Assembly: GCA_963808625.1 (NCBI GenBank) | Contig: CAWEHK010000024.1 | Location: forward strand, 31,590 to 95,589 | Direction of reading: 5' to 3' | Origin: an uncultured delta proteobacterium | GTDB lineage: Bacteria; Desulfobacterota; Syntrophobacteria; Syntrophobacterales; Syntrophobacteraceae | Length of the DNA stretch: 64,000 bases | In this document: positions 41,792-50,334 of the stretch, piece by piece | Position numbering within the stretch: the first letter of the stretch is position 1 | Layout: each line of letters starts with the position of its first letter | Position numbers and translations under genes: made by a program | Notes under the pieces: model-generated | Databases searched by the model: none | Seen by the model: only the letters and a program-made list of their open reading frames with translations | Told to the model about the DNA's origin: nothing

Positions 41792-43000
41792 TCAGGATGC
41801 CGTGTGTTTGTACAGCCGGCTGCCTTTTCGCTCCTTATCGAAGCAGTAGACTTCCATTCCCGGGATAATCACCCGGACCGTGGGAATGCCTACATCCGGT
41901 CTGGTCAGGTCGACAATGACCGTTCTTCGGAACCCACACGCTTCGAGTTTCTTGAGAAGCGTCTTGATGTCCTCGAGGATATCAGCACTGTACTCATGGT
42001 CCAGCTCGCCGAGGCGCTTCTGTTCCGGGGCATAGAAGCGGGGATCTTCCAAATCCGTTTCGCTGTAATAGAAAGGGAGATTTTCCTGGAGACTGTCGAG
42101 GCCGTGTTTTTGGATAAAGAAAGCCCGCGTTGTGGCCAGCTCGAGCAGTCCGCGTGCCATGGCCACACGCGGATCGAGATGGGCGCCAAAGCCGTCGAAC
42201 GGCATTAGATTGGGATAAACGGAATCCTGAGAAAAGGCGGCAATGACCGGGACCCCGATATCCGTGGTAAGATCCCTGGCCGTGACCTCAACCCCTGCCT
42301 TCTCAAATTTCCTGATCAACTCGATGATAAACTCATGCTCAGGTTTATCCTCAACGGTCAGGGCCGCGTTCAACTCGTTGTTGAACTTGGCAATGCTCCA
42401 GGCGTCTCGCTCAATAACCTCGGTCATGCCATGAAAAATCGCCTCCTCCATGGTATTTCCCGACGCTAAGCCATTGGTATGGGTGTTGATCGGGGTATTC
42501 TCATCGAGGTGGAACGGGTGATAAACGGCCGCCGCCGGGACGAGTATTTCCTCCTGGGCGCCGATGTCGAAGCCTCGCACCCAGTGAAGGTCGTGCTCTG
42601 CTCGAAAGGCTGAAAAGCTGGGGAGGATGAGTTCCTGCGGATTCAACGTATTGCAGTGACGGCGAAGGCCGGCGTAGCTTCCGCGAATGAGTCCGTCCCG
42701 GTACTCATGACGGAATTCAGAGCAATAGCGCTCGATTGCCTCCATCATCAGGGACACCTGGGCCTGAATTTTCGAAACCCCCTTGCCCGTGTGGCTGGTC
42801 TTTGAGTGGTCCGGCCGGAGGCGATCGCAGGTGAAGACCGGCAGTCCAATGCGATCCAGAGCGGTCACGTCGCGAAACCTCATCATCCCCACCAGACTTC
42901 TCGTCGTTTCAATAAACTGCAGGGTTGAGGCCGGGGTCTTTGAGCGATGTGTTTCCAAAATGTAAACCTTGGGACAATGCTGAAGAGTTATGCCCGGCAT
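41792..43000 (-). CDS. YcaO-family protein (resembles the thioamide-forming methanogen YcaO)
   Basis: DVTALDRIGLPVF, GKG...SLMMEAIERY, TNGLASGNTMEEAIFHGMTEVIERD, GFGAHLDP, VRVIIPGME. Confidence 0.88.
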   Translation of the reverse strand: MPGITLQHCPKVYILETHRSKTPASTLQFIETTRSLVGMMRFRDVTALDRIGLPVFTCDRLRPDHSKTSHTGKGVSKIQAQVSLMMEAIERYCSEFRHEYRDGLIRGSYAGLRRHCNTLNPQELILPSFSAFRAEHDLHWVRGFDIGAQEEILVPAAAVYHPFHLDENTPINTHTNGLASGNTMEEAIFHGMTEVIERDAWSIAKFNNELNAALTVEDKPEHEFIIELIRKFEKAGVEVTARDLTTDIGVPVIAAFSQDSVYPNLMPFDGFGAHLDPRVAMARGLLELATTRAFFIQKHGLDSLQENLPFYYSETDLEDPRFYAPEQKRLGELDHEYSADILEDIKTLLKKLEACGFRRTVIVDLTRPDVGIPTVRVIIPGMEVYCFDKERKGSRLYKHTAS

Positions 43001-43012
43001 GTCATTTCTCCT

Positions 43013-44185
43013 CTAAATGTATTGATCGGCCAGCTCGGTGATGACACTTTCAAGGTCGTTGCCGGTCTCGGCTTCCAATTCCCGGCGAGCGGCTTCGAGG
43101 CGTTCCCTTAATCCGGGGTTTGCCAGGTCGGTAAGCGCCTCGATGGCGCCGCCGCGACGGCCGAGTCGATAGAGCAGCCGGTCCTCTGCCGAAAGCGAAA
43201 AGTACCTGTCGATCACCGCCAGCATAGGCTTTTTGTCGCCGGGAAAGGTCCCTTCTATCTCCGGCAGGAGGTTCATGATGTGGTCGGAGGTGAGGGTGCT
43301 GGTAATGTGGTCGAGGGCCTGAATAAAGAGTCTTATTTCACGGGCCGTATCATCGTCGGAAAGGGGGGTAAAGCGTCCCTGGACCTTGTCTTGATACAGT
43401 GGGGTCCGGGACGGGATGCGAAGGCTGCGCAGCCTGATGAAATGGGGGTTGATGGCATTGATCACCCGGGCTGTCTCGAGCGCATGTTCCTGCGACCACC
43501 GCTTACCGCCCAGCCCGGGCATGACGTATTCCGAGAGCGTCATGCCTGCTTCCACGACCTTCCTGCCGGCGGCGATGTGCTGCTCAGCAGTGGTTCCCTT
43601 CTTGACGAACTCGAGGACACGGTCCGAGCCGCTTTCGAGACCGACGTGAATGCGGTCCAGACCCGCTTCCCGGATGGCCTTGAGGTCCTCGAGGCTCTTT
43701 CGCGCCAGGGTAGTGCTGCGGGCATAGGACGTTACTCGACGGATTTCAGGGATGGTGGTTCGTAAATAGCGAAGGGCTTCAACGAGGAATTCAACAGGCA
43801 GCATGAGACTGTTGGCATCCTGGATGAAGACCCTTCCCTGTCCGGAAAAAGCCCACAGTGCCACATATCGGTAATGTCCGCGGTAAGAAGGACTGGTCAA
43901 AACGGCGTTCAACACCCGCTGGTCCAGCTGCCCGGCCAGCCCCAAAGACCTCGAGAGATTGCGCAAGTCGTCAAGGATGTTGTGAACCGCATCGATGTCA
44001 TGCCGAATTTCTTCCAGAGATCGGCGGCTGAACTCCTGTCCTTTATAGACAGGGCAAAAAGTGCATCGATTCCAGGGGCAATTGCGCGTAAACCGCAACA
44101 GCAGGCTTCCCGCTTCGCTGGGTGGGCGAATGGGTCCTTGTTCAAAGGTCATGATGCGTTCCATAACTGTATTTCCGTTCTGCAA
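43013..44185 (-). CDS. Radical SAM protein
   Basis: QGPIRPPSEA...CPWNRCTFC, FIQDANSL, HVGLESG, SDHIMNL. Confidence 0.88.
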   Translation of the reverse strand: MQNGNTVMERIMTFEQGPIRPPSEAGSLLLRFTRNCPWNRCTFCPVYKGQEFSRRSLEEIRHDIDAVHNILDDLRNLSRSLGLAGQLDQRVLNAVLTSPSYRGHYRYVALWAFSGQGRVFIQDANSLMLPVEFLVEALRYLRTTIPEIRRVTSYARSTTLARKSLEDLKAIREAGLDRIHVGLESGSDRVLEFVKKGTTAEQHIAAGRKVVEAGMTLSEYVMPGLGGKRWSQEHALETARVINAINPHFIRLRSLRIPSRTPLYQDKVQGRFTPLSDDDTAREIRLFIQALDHITSTLTSDHIMNLLPEIEGTFPGDKKPMLAVIDRYFSLSAEDRLLYRLGRRGGAIEALTDLANPGLRERLEAARRELEAETGNDLESVITELADQYI

Positions 44186-44319
44186 AACCGGGCTTGCAGG
44201 AGCCCGTTAGAGGTTCTGTTTCAGTACAGCTCAAAACGTGTTACATAACGCGTGCTGTTAAGAAAGCACAACAACAGGCAGGAGGCAAGGGGGCGTCCAA
44301 AAATATAAGGCCTTCTTTT

Positions 44320-44379
44320 ACCACGAAGAACACGAAGAACACGAAGAGCACGAAGTGATTTCTTCGTGTTCTTCGTGGT
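44320..44379. repeat. Inverted-repeat element of 9-mer units (CACGAAGAR)
   Basis: ACCACGAAGAA CACGAAGAA CACGAAGAG CACGAAG tgatt TCTTCGTG TTCTTCGTGGT. Confidence 0.75.
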
Positions 44380-44479
44380 TCAAAAAAGGGCTGAAGTGAG
44401 TGCAAGTTGTTTATGGAGAGTCTCGAACCGGCATGGCTTGGGACCTGCATCCGTCGTTCGTTGTGACCCCAGCCAGAAG

Positions 44480-46909
44480 CTGACAATTATACACACCTAC
44501 GCCCGTGGTCATGGTCCGGACTTCAGGTAGGGGAGGAAATAGACATAAGTGGCAGTGATATCTTCGAGACGTTGGAGACCTCGCCATAGAGTTGTCGTGC
44601 CAGGCTCGCCATCGGACTTTCGTCCCAGGAAACCGCCAAGGGAGGCAACCATACGGATGGCTTCGCGAAGGGTAGGCTTATCATCATCGGAAGGTAGGGT
44701 CTTGTTGACGAACAGGTACAAGGCCTTCCATTCGGCCTCTTCAAAGAAGACCGTGCAGGGAGCATCGGGAACTTCACGACCGAGTTTCAACAAATGATAG
44801 ATCCGCCAAGCTACTACCATATCGATAGCCAGACAGGCTTCGAGACTTTCGGCTGTTCCCAGCTGGCGGTCCTCTATGCGGCATCCGCTTTTGATGGTGC
44901 GATGAAACACCTCAATACCCCAACGCCTGGCATACCACATCAAGCGTTCGCAAGCCTGCTCCAGGCTGTTCACCTCCACCGTGGTCAAGAGCATCCATTC
45001 CAGCGGCGATGTGACGGCGGGGGAATAGTCTACTTCACGTGCATAAACCATCCAGACCGCTACCGGGGGATACCCTTTGCCTTTGGGAGGATTGAGCATA
45101 ACTTGCGTATGGCGCACCTCCAGGGTGGCCTCTCGGGCCAACTGGCATCCCCTTCTGGGGACATGAACGACTTGGTAGCCGGCAACGGGCTGTCCTGCTA
45201 CGACATCCCACAGATATGCATCCCCTGTTTTACGGTTGCGGGATCGTTCGCACCGCACCAAGATCTTCGGACCAGCAGGATTTTGGGCTGCCTCAAGAAA
45301 CAATTCGTAAATGTCCGATTCGCGATCGCCAACGCTGACCAACATCGTTTCAGGGCAAAGTTTTTGAACTTCACTGACGGCCCGGTAGCTGTTGAGCCAC
45401 TTGATGCTCTCCTTCTCTTCGATGGGCAATTCTTTTCGGCGATGCCTTTTGCCTATATCTTGAAGGTCCCGTGCCCAACATTGGACATCTACCAACCCCA
45501 AAGGAGTACCTTCCGTGGTGAAGGCCATCGTGTCATGGACTACCAACCCCATCGGACCACTTGCTTTGGTACCGATCGGCCCCAAACCTTCGGTAGCACG
45601 ATGCAGCGTATAATTCAAAGTGGTCGTATCCTGGACGGCCAGTACCACCTGGTGCGCTCTGATGCGCTCAACGCTCGCTTCCGTGTGAGCACGAAGCACT
45701 TTGTCCATAGTTACCCGTTCATTGTTAAAAAACCGGTATGCAGCTATCGTTTTCGTATGAGATCCACAGGCCTGGGGAATCGCTGCCTGGGACTGTCCGT
45801 AAAAATCTCGCACCAGAGTGAACAAACGCCTTTTCAACCGGGGATCGTAGAGCTCTACGGTACCCAATTCTTCTTCTACCCAGTCAGCTGGATCACTCGC
45901 ACGCGGCCTCTGTCCCAATCTGATCGGGGGTTCCTCACACAAAATCCGCTGCCACTCAGGTCGCAAAGGATAGAGAAAGATCTCCTTCGGCCCACCCCCT
46001 GCTTCTCGCTGTGCAGCCCTCCGGCCACTTGTTTTCCCCACCGGTATCCAGTTGGCGGCACGATAGCTCGTTCCCATGAACCTTTCGGGATCAACGAACG
46101 TTTCCAACAGCACCGGCTCAACACCGTAACTGCTCAGCCAGTCATCGACAAGACGGGCCCTACATTGGCCCAGAACATGCGAGGCCAAATTCGGTACCCG
46201 TACCGTTGGAACAATAAGAAAACGGCTGTTGCATACTACCCGTTGCAGATTACTCATCCGGGCCCGCTCGCTCCAACCTATGAACTGGTCCCGTTCCTTA
46301 AGTGCCCAACTGGCACTGCTAAAGCTGACAGCTCCAAGACAGCCACGGCTCGCACTCCAAATGAGATATTTGATCTGGGCACCGACCAGAGGACCACTGC
46401 CAAGGTAGTGATATTCGTCCATAAGATCTTTCCAGATCCTGGACGTCTTATGGTAACAGTTGGTGACCCGCTCGATTTCAAGATCGCCCAGTTCGCTCAG
46501 TTCACACCACGCATCACCAACATGAATCGGGCTAATCAGCGGAGCTGTTCGTGCTGGCTGGAGTCCACAAAGCGTATTCGATCGGCCCAGCTCGATCACA
46601 CCGGCCTTGGCCAAAACACTCAGGGCTTTACGGCAGGCTGCTTCCTTGAGCCGCCCGCTCGCCGCTCGCCAGTCCATCCATTCGCAGACGTGACGAGCCA
46701 ACAACCGTCTCGAGATCGATGGCGATTCATCAAGCGTCTGGCGGATTCGATGGATCGTATCCGATGTAAATTCAAGGCCACATGTTCGCACAACTCGATA
46801 CTGGCATAAATAACCTATGGGGTCAAGTGTGTTTCCGCAAATTACTCCTCTTTTCCAACAAAATATCTCACCCATTCCTACCGCGGGGTCAGGTGTGTAT
46901 CATAGTCAG
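44480..46909 (-). mobile_element. Complete IS4-family (IS50/Tn5-like) insertion sequence, 2430 bp
   Basis: 19-bp terminal IRs CTGACAATTATACACACCT (44480-44498) and AGGTGTGTATCATAGTCAG (46891-46909), 17/19; 8-bp target duplication GCCAGAAG at 44472-44479 and 46910-46917. Confidence 0.92.
44509..46791 (-). CDS. IS4-family DDE transposase with N-terminal DUF4338 (DruA-like) domain
   Basis: N-terminal YHYLG, NSRFLI, LETFVD and GTSYRAANW; IS50-like WVEEEL...DPRLKRR, VQDTT, GDRESD, YARRWGIEVFHRTIK, LGGFLGRKSDGEPG; GTG start inferred. Confidence 0.9.
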   Translation of the reverse strand: MRTCGLEFTSDTIHRIRQTLDESPSISRRLLARHVCEWMDWRAASGRLKEAACRKALSVLAKAGVIELGRSNTLCGLQPARTAPLISPIHVGDAWCELSELGDLEIERVTNCYHKTSRIWKDLMDEYHYLGSGPLVGAQIKYLIWSASRGCLGAVSFSSASWALKERDQFIGWSERARMSNLQRVVCNSRFLIVPTVRVPNLASHVLGQCRARLVDDWLSSYGVEPVLLETFVDPERFMGTSYRAANWIPVGKTSGRRAAQREAGGGPKEIFLYPLRPEWQRILCEEPPIRLGQRPRASDPADWVEEELGTVELYDPRLKRRLFTLVRDFYGQSQAAIPQACGSHTKTIAAYRFFNNERVTMDKVLRAHTEASVERIRAHQVVLAVQDTTTLNYTLHRATEGLGPIGTKASGPMGLVVHDTMAFTTEGTPLGLVDVQCWARDLQDIGKRHRRKELPIEEKESIKWLNSYRAVSEVQKLCPETMLVSVGDRESDIYELFLEAAQNPAGPKILVRCERSRNRKTGDAYLWDVVAGQPVAGYQVVHVPRRGCQLAREATLEVRHTQVMLNPPKGKGYPPVAVWMVYAREVDYSPAVTSPLEWMLLTTVEVNSLEQACERLMWYARRWGIEVFHRTIKSGCRIEDRQLGTAESLEACLAIDMVVAWRIYHLLKLGREVPDAPCTVFFEEAEWKALYLFVNKTLPSDDDKPTLREAIRMVASLGGFLGRKSDGEPGTTTLWRGLQRLEDITATYVYFLPYLKSGP

Positions 46910-46945
46910 GCCAGAAGCGGGGGTCATGGAGGTCAGAGAGCAAGG

Positions 46946-47437
46946 TCATGAGGGTTTGTCTTTTTCCTTGAGCGCCTGGCCGAAGCTCTCCATCAGCTTT
47001 TGAAACTGCTCACCCTGTTTCTTTGCGAGTTCTTCGAACTGGTTGGTGAGCTCCTCGTGTTCCTCCTCCATCTTCGCTTGGGACAAAAGCATCCGCAAGT
47101 GCCTGATGGTCTCTTCCTGTGACGCAACTTTTTCTTTGAGCTCTTCGTATTTCTTCACCAGGGCCAGATGTTCGTCACGAGGCACGACGCCAAGCATGGT
47201 GAGGTAGTCCTTAAAAGATTTGGTGAAGTCTTCTTGCGCTCCCGCCCACATTTTCAGGTAATCGGGACTTTCCTTTTCCACTTCCTTTAAGCCATAGACC
47301 TTCTCGAACGTGGAGGTGAGGTCCTGAAAGCCGGTGAAGCCCCCCTTCATCCATTCCGCCATGTCTTCAAGCTGCTTTTGGCTTTTGGCCGCGTTCAGCA
47401 TGAAGTTGCCCCAGAATTCCAGAAACTGTCTGTCCAT
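46946..47437 (-). CDS. Helical/coiled-coil protein of the PHA cluster (granule-associated?)
   Basis: Amphipathic helical composition; LGVVPRDE motif followed by a coiled coil; AAGGAG RBS. Confidence 0.65.
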   Translation of the reverse strand: MDRQFLEFWGNFMLNAAKSQKQLEDMAEWMKGGFTGFQDLTSTFEKVYGLKEVEKESPDYLKMWAGAQEDFTKSFKDYLTMLGVVPRDEHLALVKKYEELKEKVASQEETIRHLRMLLSQAKMEEEHEELTNQFEELAKKQGEQFQKLMESFGQALKEKDKPS

Positions 47438-47469
47438 GATTCGCTCCTTCAAGGCCGCAACCAAAAAGG

Positions 47470-47499
47470 TTCACCGCAGAGACGCAGAGGTCGCAGAGA
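47470..47499. repeat. Solo arm of the ACCGCAGAG repeat family
   Basis: TTCACCGCAGAGACGCAGAGGTCGCAGAGA; first 20 nt identical to the GxxExxY-flanking arms. Confidence 0.75.
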
Positions 47500-47573
47500 A
47501 AACAAAAACCAGAAGAAATCTTAACCTTCCTGGGTATCGTTTCAATATGTCCTGCCTGGGTCGTTGTTCCCTC

Positions 47574-49184
47574 TCATCCGGCCGGCGAGGCAGTCTCATC
47601 CAGATCCAGCTGGTACCGGACCGGTCCCCGGCATTGCCCGTCAGACCGGGGCGACGATGACGAAGGATGAGATTTATAACTGAAACATGAATCCAGAGCA
47701 CACTCCGAAGTGGGCATCGACCATGATGTGGCTATCGAGGTGTGGCCCTTGGGAAAAACGGTGACCTCCGCGTCCACCCAATCGAGTGGTGCGAGACTGG
47801 CGCCTTCATCAACCAGATCGTCTTTCTCGGCAAGGCAGATGAGCCAGGGAATATGCTTTTCCTTGAAATAATTCAAGTTGAGCGGACGGCCAAACAGCTT
47901 CACCGGCAGAGTCCCATCCTTATCCACGGGGATGGCATAAGAGTCGAAACTCGCTTGTGTGATGCCGAGCGGAAGATCGGTTTTGTCATACAGCATCCAA
48001 TGGTTGATTGCGGCGGCGGTCTTGTTGACCTGGGCCACCTGTCCCGGCTTGTCGAACATCATGAGGTCCCGGAAGAGGGTGAAGAGGGGGGCCTCCTTCT
48101 CGATGCTCTTCAGTTTGAATGTCCAGCTGAGGATTTTGCCATCCACCACCGGAATCCCGTTCGGCAAAGTTTTCAAGGAATAGCCCAAATCCCTGAAACG
48201 CGCCGGCGTGTGTTTCATGAACTCAACCAGGGCTTTGCTCCGCGAGCCGTCAATGGGGGCAACACAGGTGATGTGGGCATCAACGATGCCATCCAGTTCG
48301 CCCGAAAGAATCGCCAAAGTAGTCATATACCCGCCCTGGCAAAAACCATTCAGGGTGACCGGCCGGCCATGCCGGGCCATCAACCGTTCACAGAAGAGAC
48401 GCGTATCGAGCGTGTCGTCTTCGGGGGTCAGGAGCTGCACGGCTTCGGTGGCCTGAATGTCCTTCATGATACGGATGTAAGTGGGAATCCCCTGATTGGC
48501 GAAGCAGTGCGTGTAGCTTTTGTTCTCCCCGGGCAAGAAGGCCAGGATGTTTGCCCCCAAAACATAGGGTGGAATGATGAGAATGGGTTTGCCGTTCTTT
48601 CTCACCTTAACCTTGGGGTCCCGAGGAAGGACCTGGTAGAGCTCAAAACGCTCGGTTTCAGCCGCTTTGACATAGCCGCGCTGGTCAAAATGAAAACCGT
48701 ATTCCGATTTAATCTCCTGAATAGCCTTGGGGTAGGCATTGACCACTACGTCCAGGAGTTGAGCCTTCCGCGCGGTAAATTGTGCGAGGTCTTCTCCTTC
48801 CCCGTCGAACAGGGTATTGCGGAGGGCCGCGAATGCCTCGTTCATCTGTCGAAGGAGGTAGTCGTTCAGCGCTAAAGGGCTGATCATGGCCTGTGACCCC
48901 AAATCGACATTGAACTGAAAAAGGTCGGCGTAGCCACTCACTGTTTCTGGGCATGGAGTGCTTGGGAGCTTTCTTCGTTCGGTGTTGCAGAAGGCATTCA
49001 GGGCATCCCATGAAGGCTCCATGAATTCTCCCGTGTACTTCAGAACTCCATTTCCAAAAATCATGGTGCTTTTCATCGAGTTGAGGGATGCCTCCACCAT
49101 TTGTGATTGCCATTTTCGCGATCTTTGCAGAAGGCCGCTCCATAAATCAAATGACTGAGTGCACGGACTCCGGAAATTCTCCAT
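47574..49184 (-). CDS. Cys-nucleophile alpha/beta hydrolase related to PHA synthases/depolymerases
   Basis: PILIIPPY, LNGFCQGG, AEKDDLV and KGH form a Cys-Asp-His triad; inside the PHA cluster. Confidence 0.7.
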   Translation of the reverse strand: MENFRSPCTQSFDLWSGLLQRSRKWQSQMVEASLNSMKSTMIFGNGVLKYTGEFMEPSWDALNAFCNTERRKLPSTPCPETVSGYADLFQFNVDLGSQAMISPLALNDYLLRQMNEAFAALRNTLFDGEGEDLAQFTARKAQLLDVVVNAYPKAIQEIKSEYGFHFDQRGYVKAAETERFELYQVLPRDPKVKVRKNGKPILIIPPYVLGANILAFLPGENKSYTHCFANQGIPTYIRIMKDIQATEAVQLLTPEDDTLDTRLFCERLMARHGRPVTLNGFCQGGYMTTLAILSGELDGIVDAHITCVAPIDGSRSKALVEFMKHTPARFRDLGYSLKTLPNGIPVVDGKILSWTFKLKSIEKEAPLFTLFRDLMMFDKPGQVAQVNKTAAAINHWMLYDKTDLPLGITQASFDSYAIPVDKDGTLPVKLFGRPLNLNYFKEKHIPWLICLAEKDDLVDEGASLAPLDWVDAEVTVFPKGHTSIATSWSMPTSECALDSCFSYKSHPSSSSPRSDGQCRGPVRYQLDLDETASPAG

Positions 49185-49323
49185 CGATGATTCTCCCAGG
49201 GTGATTATTCGACATGGCCCAAACGCTTCAGGGTTTGTCACGGCCTGGCTGGATTCCCCCGGCAAAGGGCAGACCACACACGGGGTAAATCCAGACATTA
49301 TCCGGGCCGGATAGGGACCACTT

Positions 49324-49596
49324 CTAAACGGCACCGCCGAAGAATCCCTCTACCTTTTTGAAGCTTTCGTCCACGGCGTTCTTGAAGTTTTCACGAGCCT
49401 TTTTGTAAGCTTTGGCATATTCTTCGACGACCTTTTTCCCCTCCTCAGGAAGCCAGGAGGATTGTTTCAGAAACATGTCCATGGTTTTTTCCATCTGGTC
49501 CTGAAGCATTGCCAGGCTGTTAAAAGTGTTTTCGAAAACGGTCTTGTTATACTGAATCATCTGTTTCACGGTCTCTTTCTGGTCCATCTCCATCAC
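49324..49596 (-). CDS. Phasin-like small protein
   Basis: 90 aa, amphipathic; paralog of 49786-50067 (KQMI.NK..F.NTFN....LQ.Q.EK...WLPEEGKK). Confidence 0.65.
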   Translation of the reverse strand: MMEMDQKETVKQMIQYNKTVFENTFNSLAMLQDQMEKTMDMFLKQSSWLPEEGKKVVEEYAKAYKKARENFKNAVDESFKKVEGFFGGAV

Positions 49597-49686
49597 TCCT
49601 TAGTAATACGTGCGTATTCATGTGATTCGGTCACCGTTCACGAGAAAGCTCGAGGCTACTACCATTTATTGCTTTGAAGCTAACTC

Positions 49687-49785
49687 GTTCCCATCCGGAA
49701 AGTGGCGCCTTGTTCTGTAGGAGGGGCTTCCAGCCCCGATCGCGGCTGGAAGCCCCTCCTACAAAATGGGGTTTCCGGATGGACA
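49687..49785. mobile_element. MITE-like element enclosing a REP palindrome
   Basis: CCATCCGGAAA / TTTCCGGATGG IR; inner 20-bp perfect IR TGTAGGAGGGGCTTCCAGCC (49716-49763); CTAACTC direct repeat at 49680-49686 and 49786-49792. Confidence 0.5.
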
Positions 49786-50067
49786 CTAACTCTTCTTGCC
49801 CGCTTCAGTGAAGTACGTCTCCACTTTGGTAAAACTTTCGTCAACCGCTTTTTTGAATTCCTCGCGGCCTTTCTTGAAGGTCTGGACCCATTCAGTGAGC
49901 ATCTTCCTCCCTTCCTCGGGAAGGAAGGTCGCCTGGGCCATAAAGGTATTGACCATCTTTTCGGTTTGCTCCTGCAACAAAACCATGGCGTTAAAAGTGT
50001 TGTCGAAGGTGGCTTTGTTGAAGTCGATCATTTGTTTTGCCATTTTAATCGGTTCCATGTTTGTCAT
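49786..50067 (-). CDS. Phasin-like small protein
   Basis: 93 aa; paralog of 49324-49596; GGAGG RBS. Confidence 0.65.
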   Translation of the reverse strand: MTNMEPIKMAKQMIDFNKATFDNTFNAMVLLQEQTEKMVNTFMAQATFLPEEGRKMLTEWVQTFKKGREEFKKAVDESFTKVETYFTEAGKKS

Positions 50068-50167
50068 GCCTCCCGTATTCTTGGTGTAAGCCTTGCGAAT
50101 TCTCCTGCCCTTGATCTAGGGTGAATCCATTTTAATGGTTTCCAAGCCAATGTCAAGAGCATTTTGA

Positions 50168-50179
50168 TGCACTGCACCA
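50168..50179. promoter_or_regulatory. Candidate PhaR box
   Basis: TGCACTGCACCA between the divergent phasin-like and phaR genes. Confidence 0.6.
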
Positions 50180-50334
50180 TCTTTTTATTTGCACACAAAA
50201 TAGGATGTTTAATCTGTTTCTGCTGTTAAACCAGATGTTTATAGTATAAATCAAGATATGATAGATCTTGATCGACATATTATTTGTTGCGATGTGATAT
50301 TGAAAAATCGGGCCGCCGCAGTCAGGAGAAGGAC

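Noticed and set aside
44509..46791. Complete Druantia defence system
   Set aside because: Only a DUF4338-like domain fused to a transposase inside IS ends; no DruE helicase or other dru genes.
44794..46809. 671-aa ORF antisense to the transposase
   Set aside because: Lies entirely on the opposite strand of a well-supported gene, with no recognisable motifs or RBS; treated as a shadow ORF.
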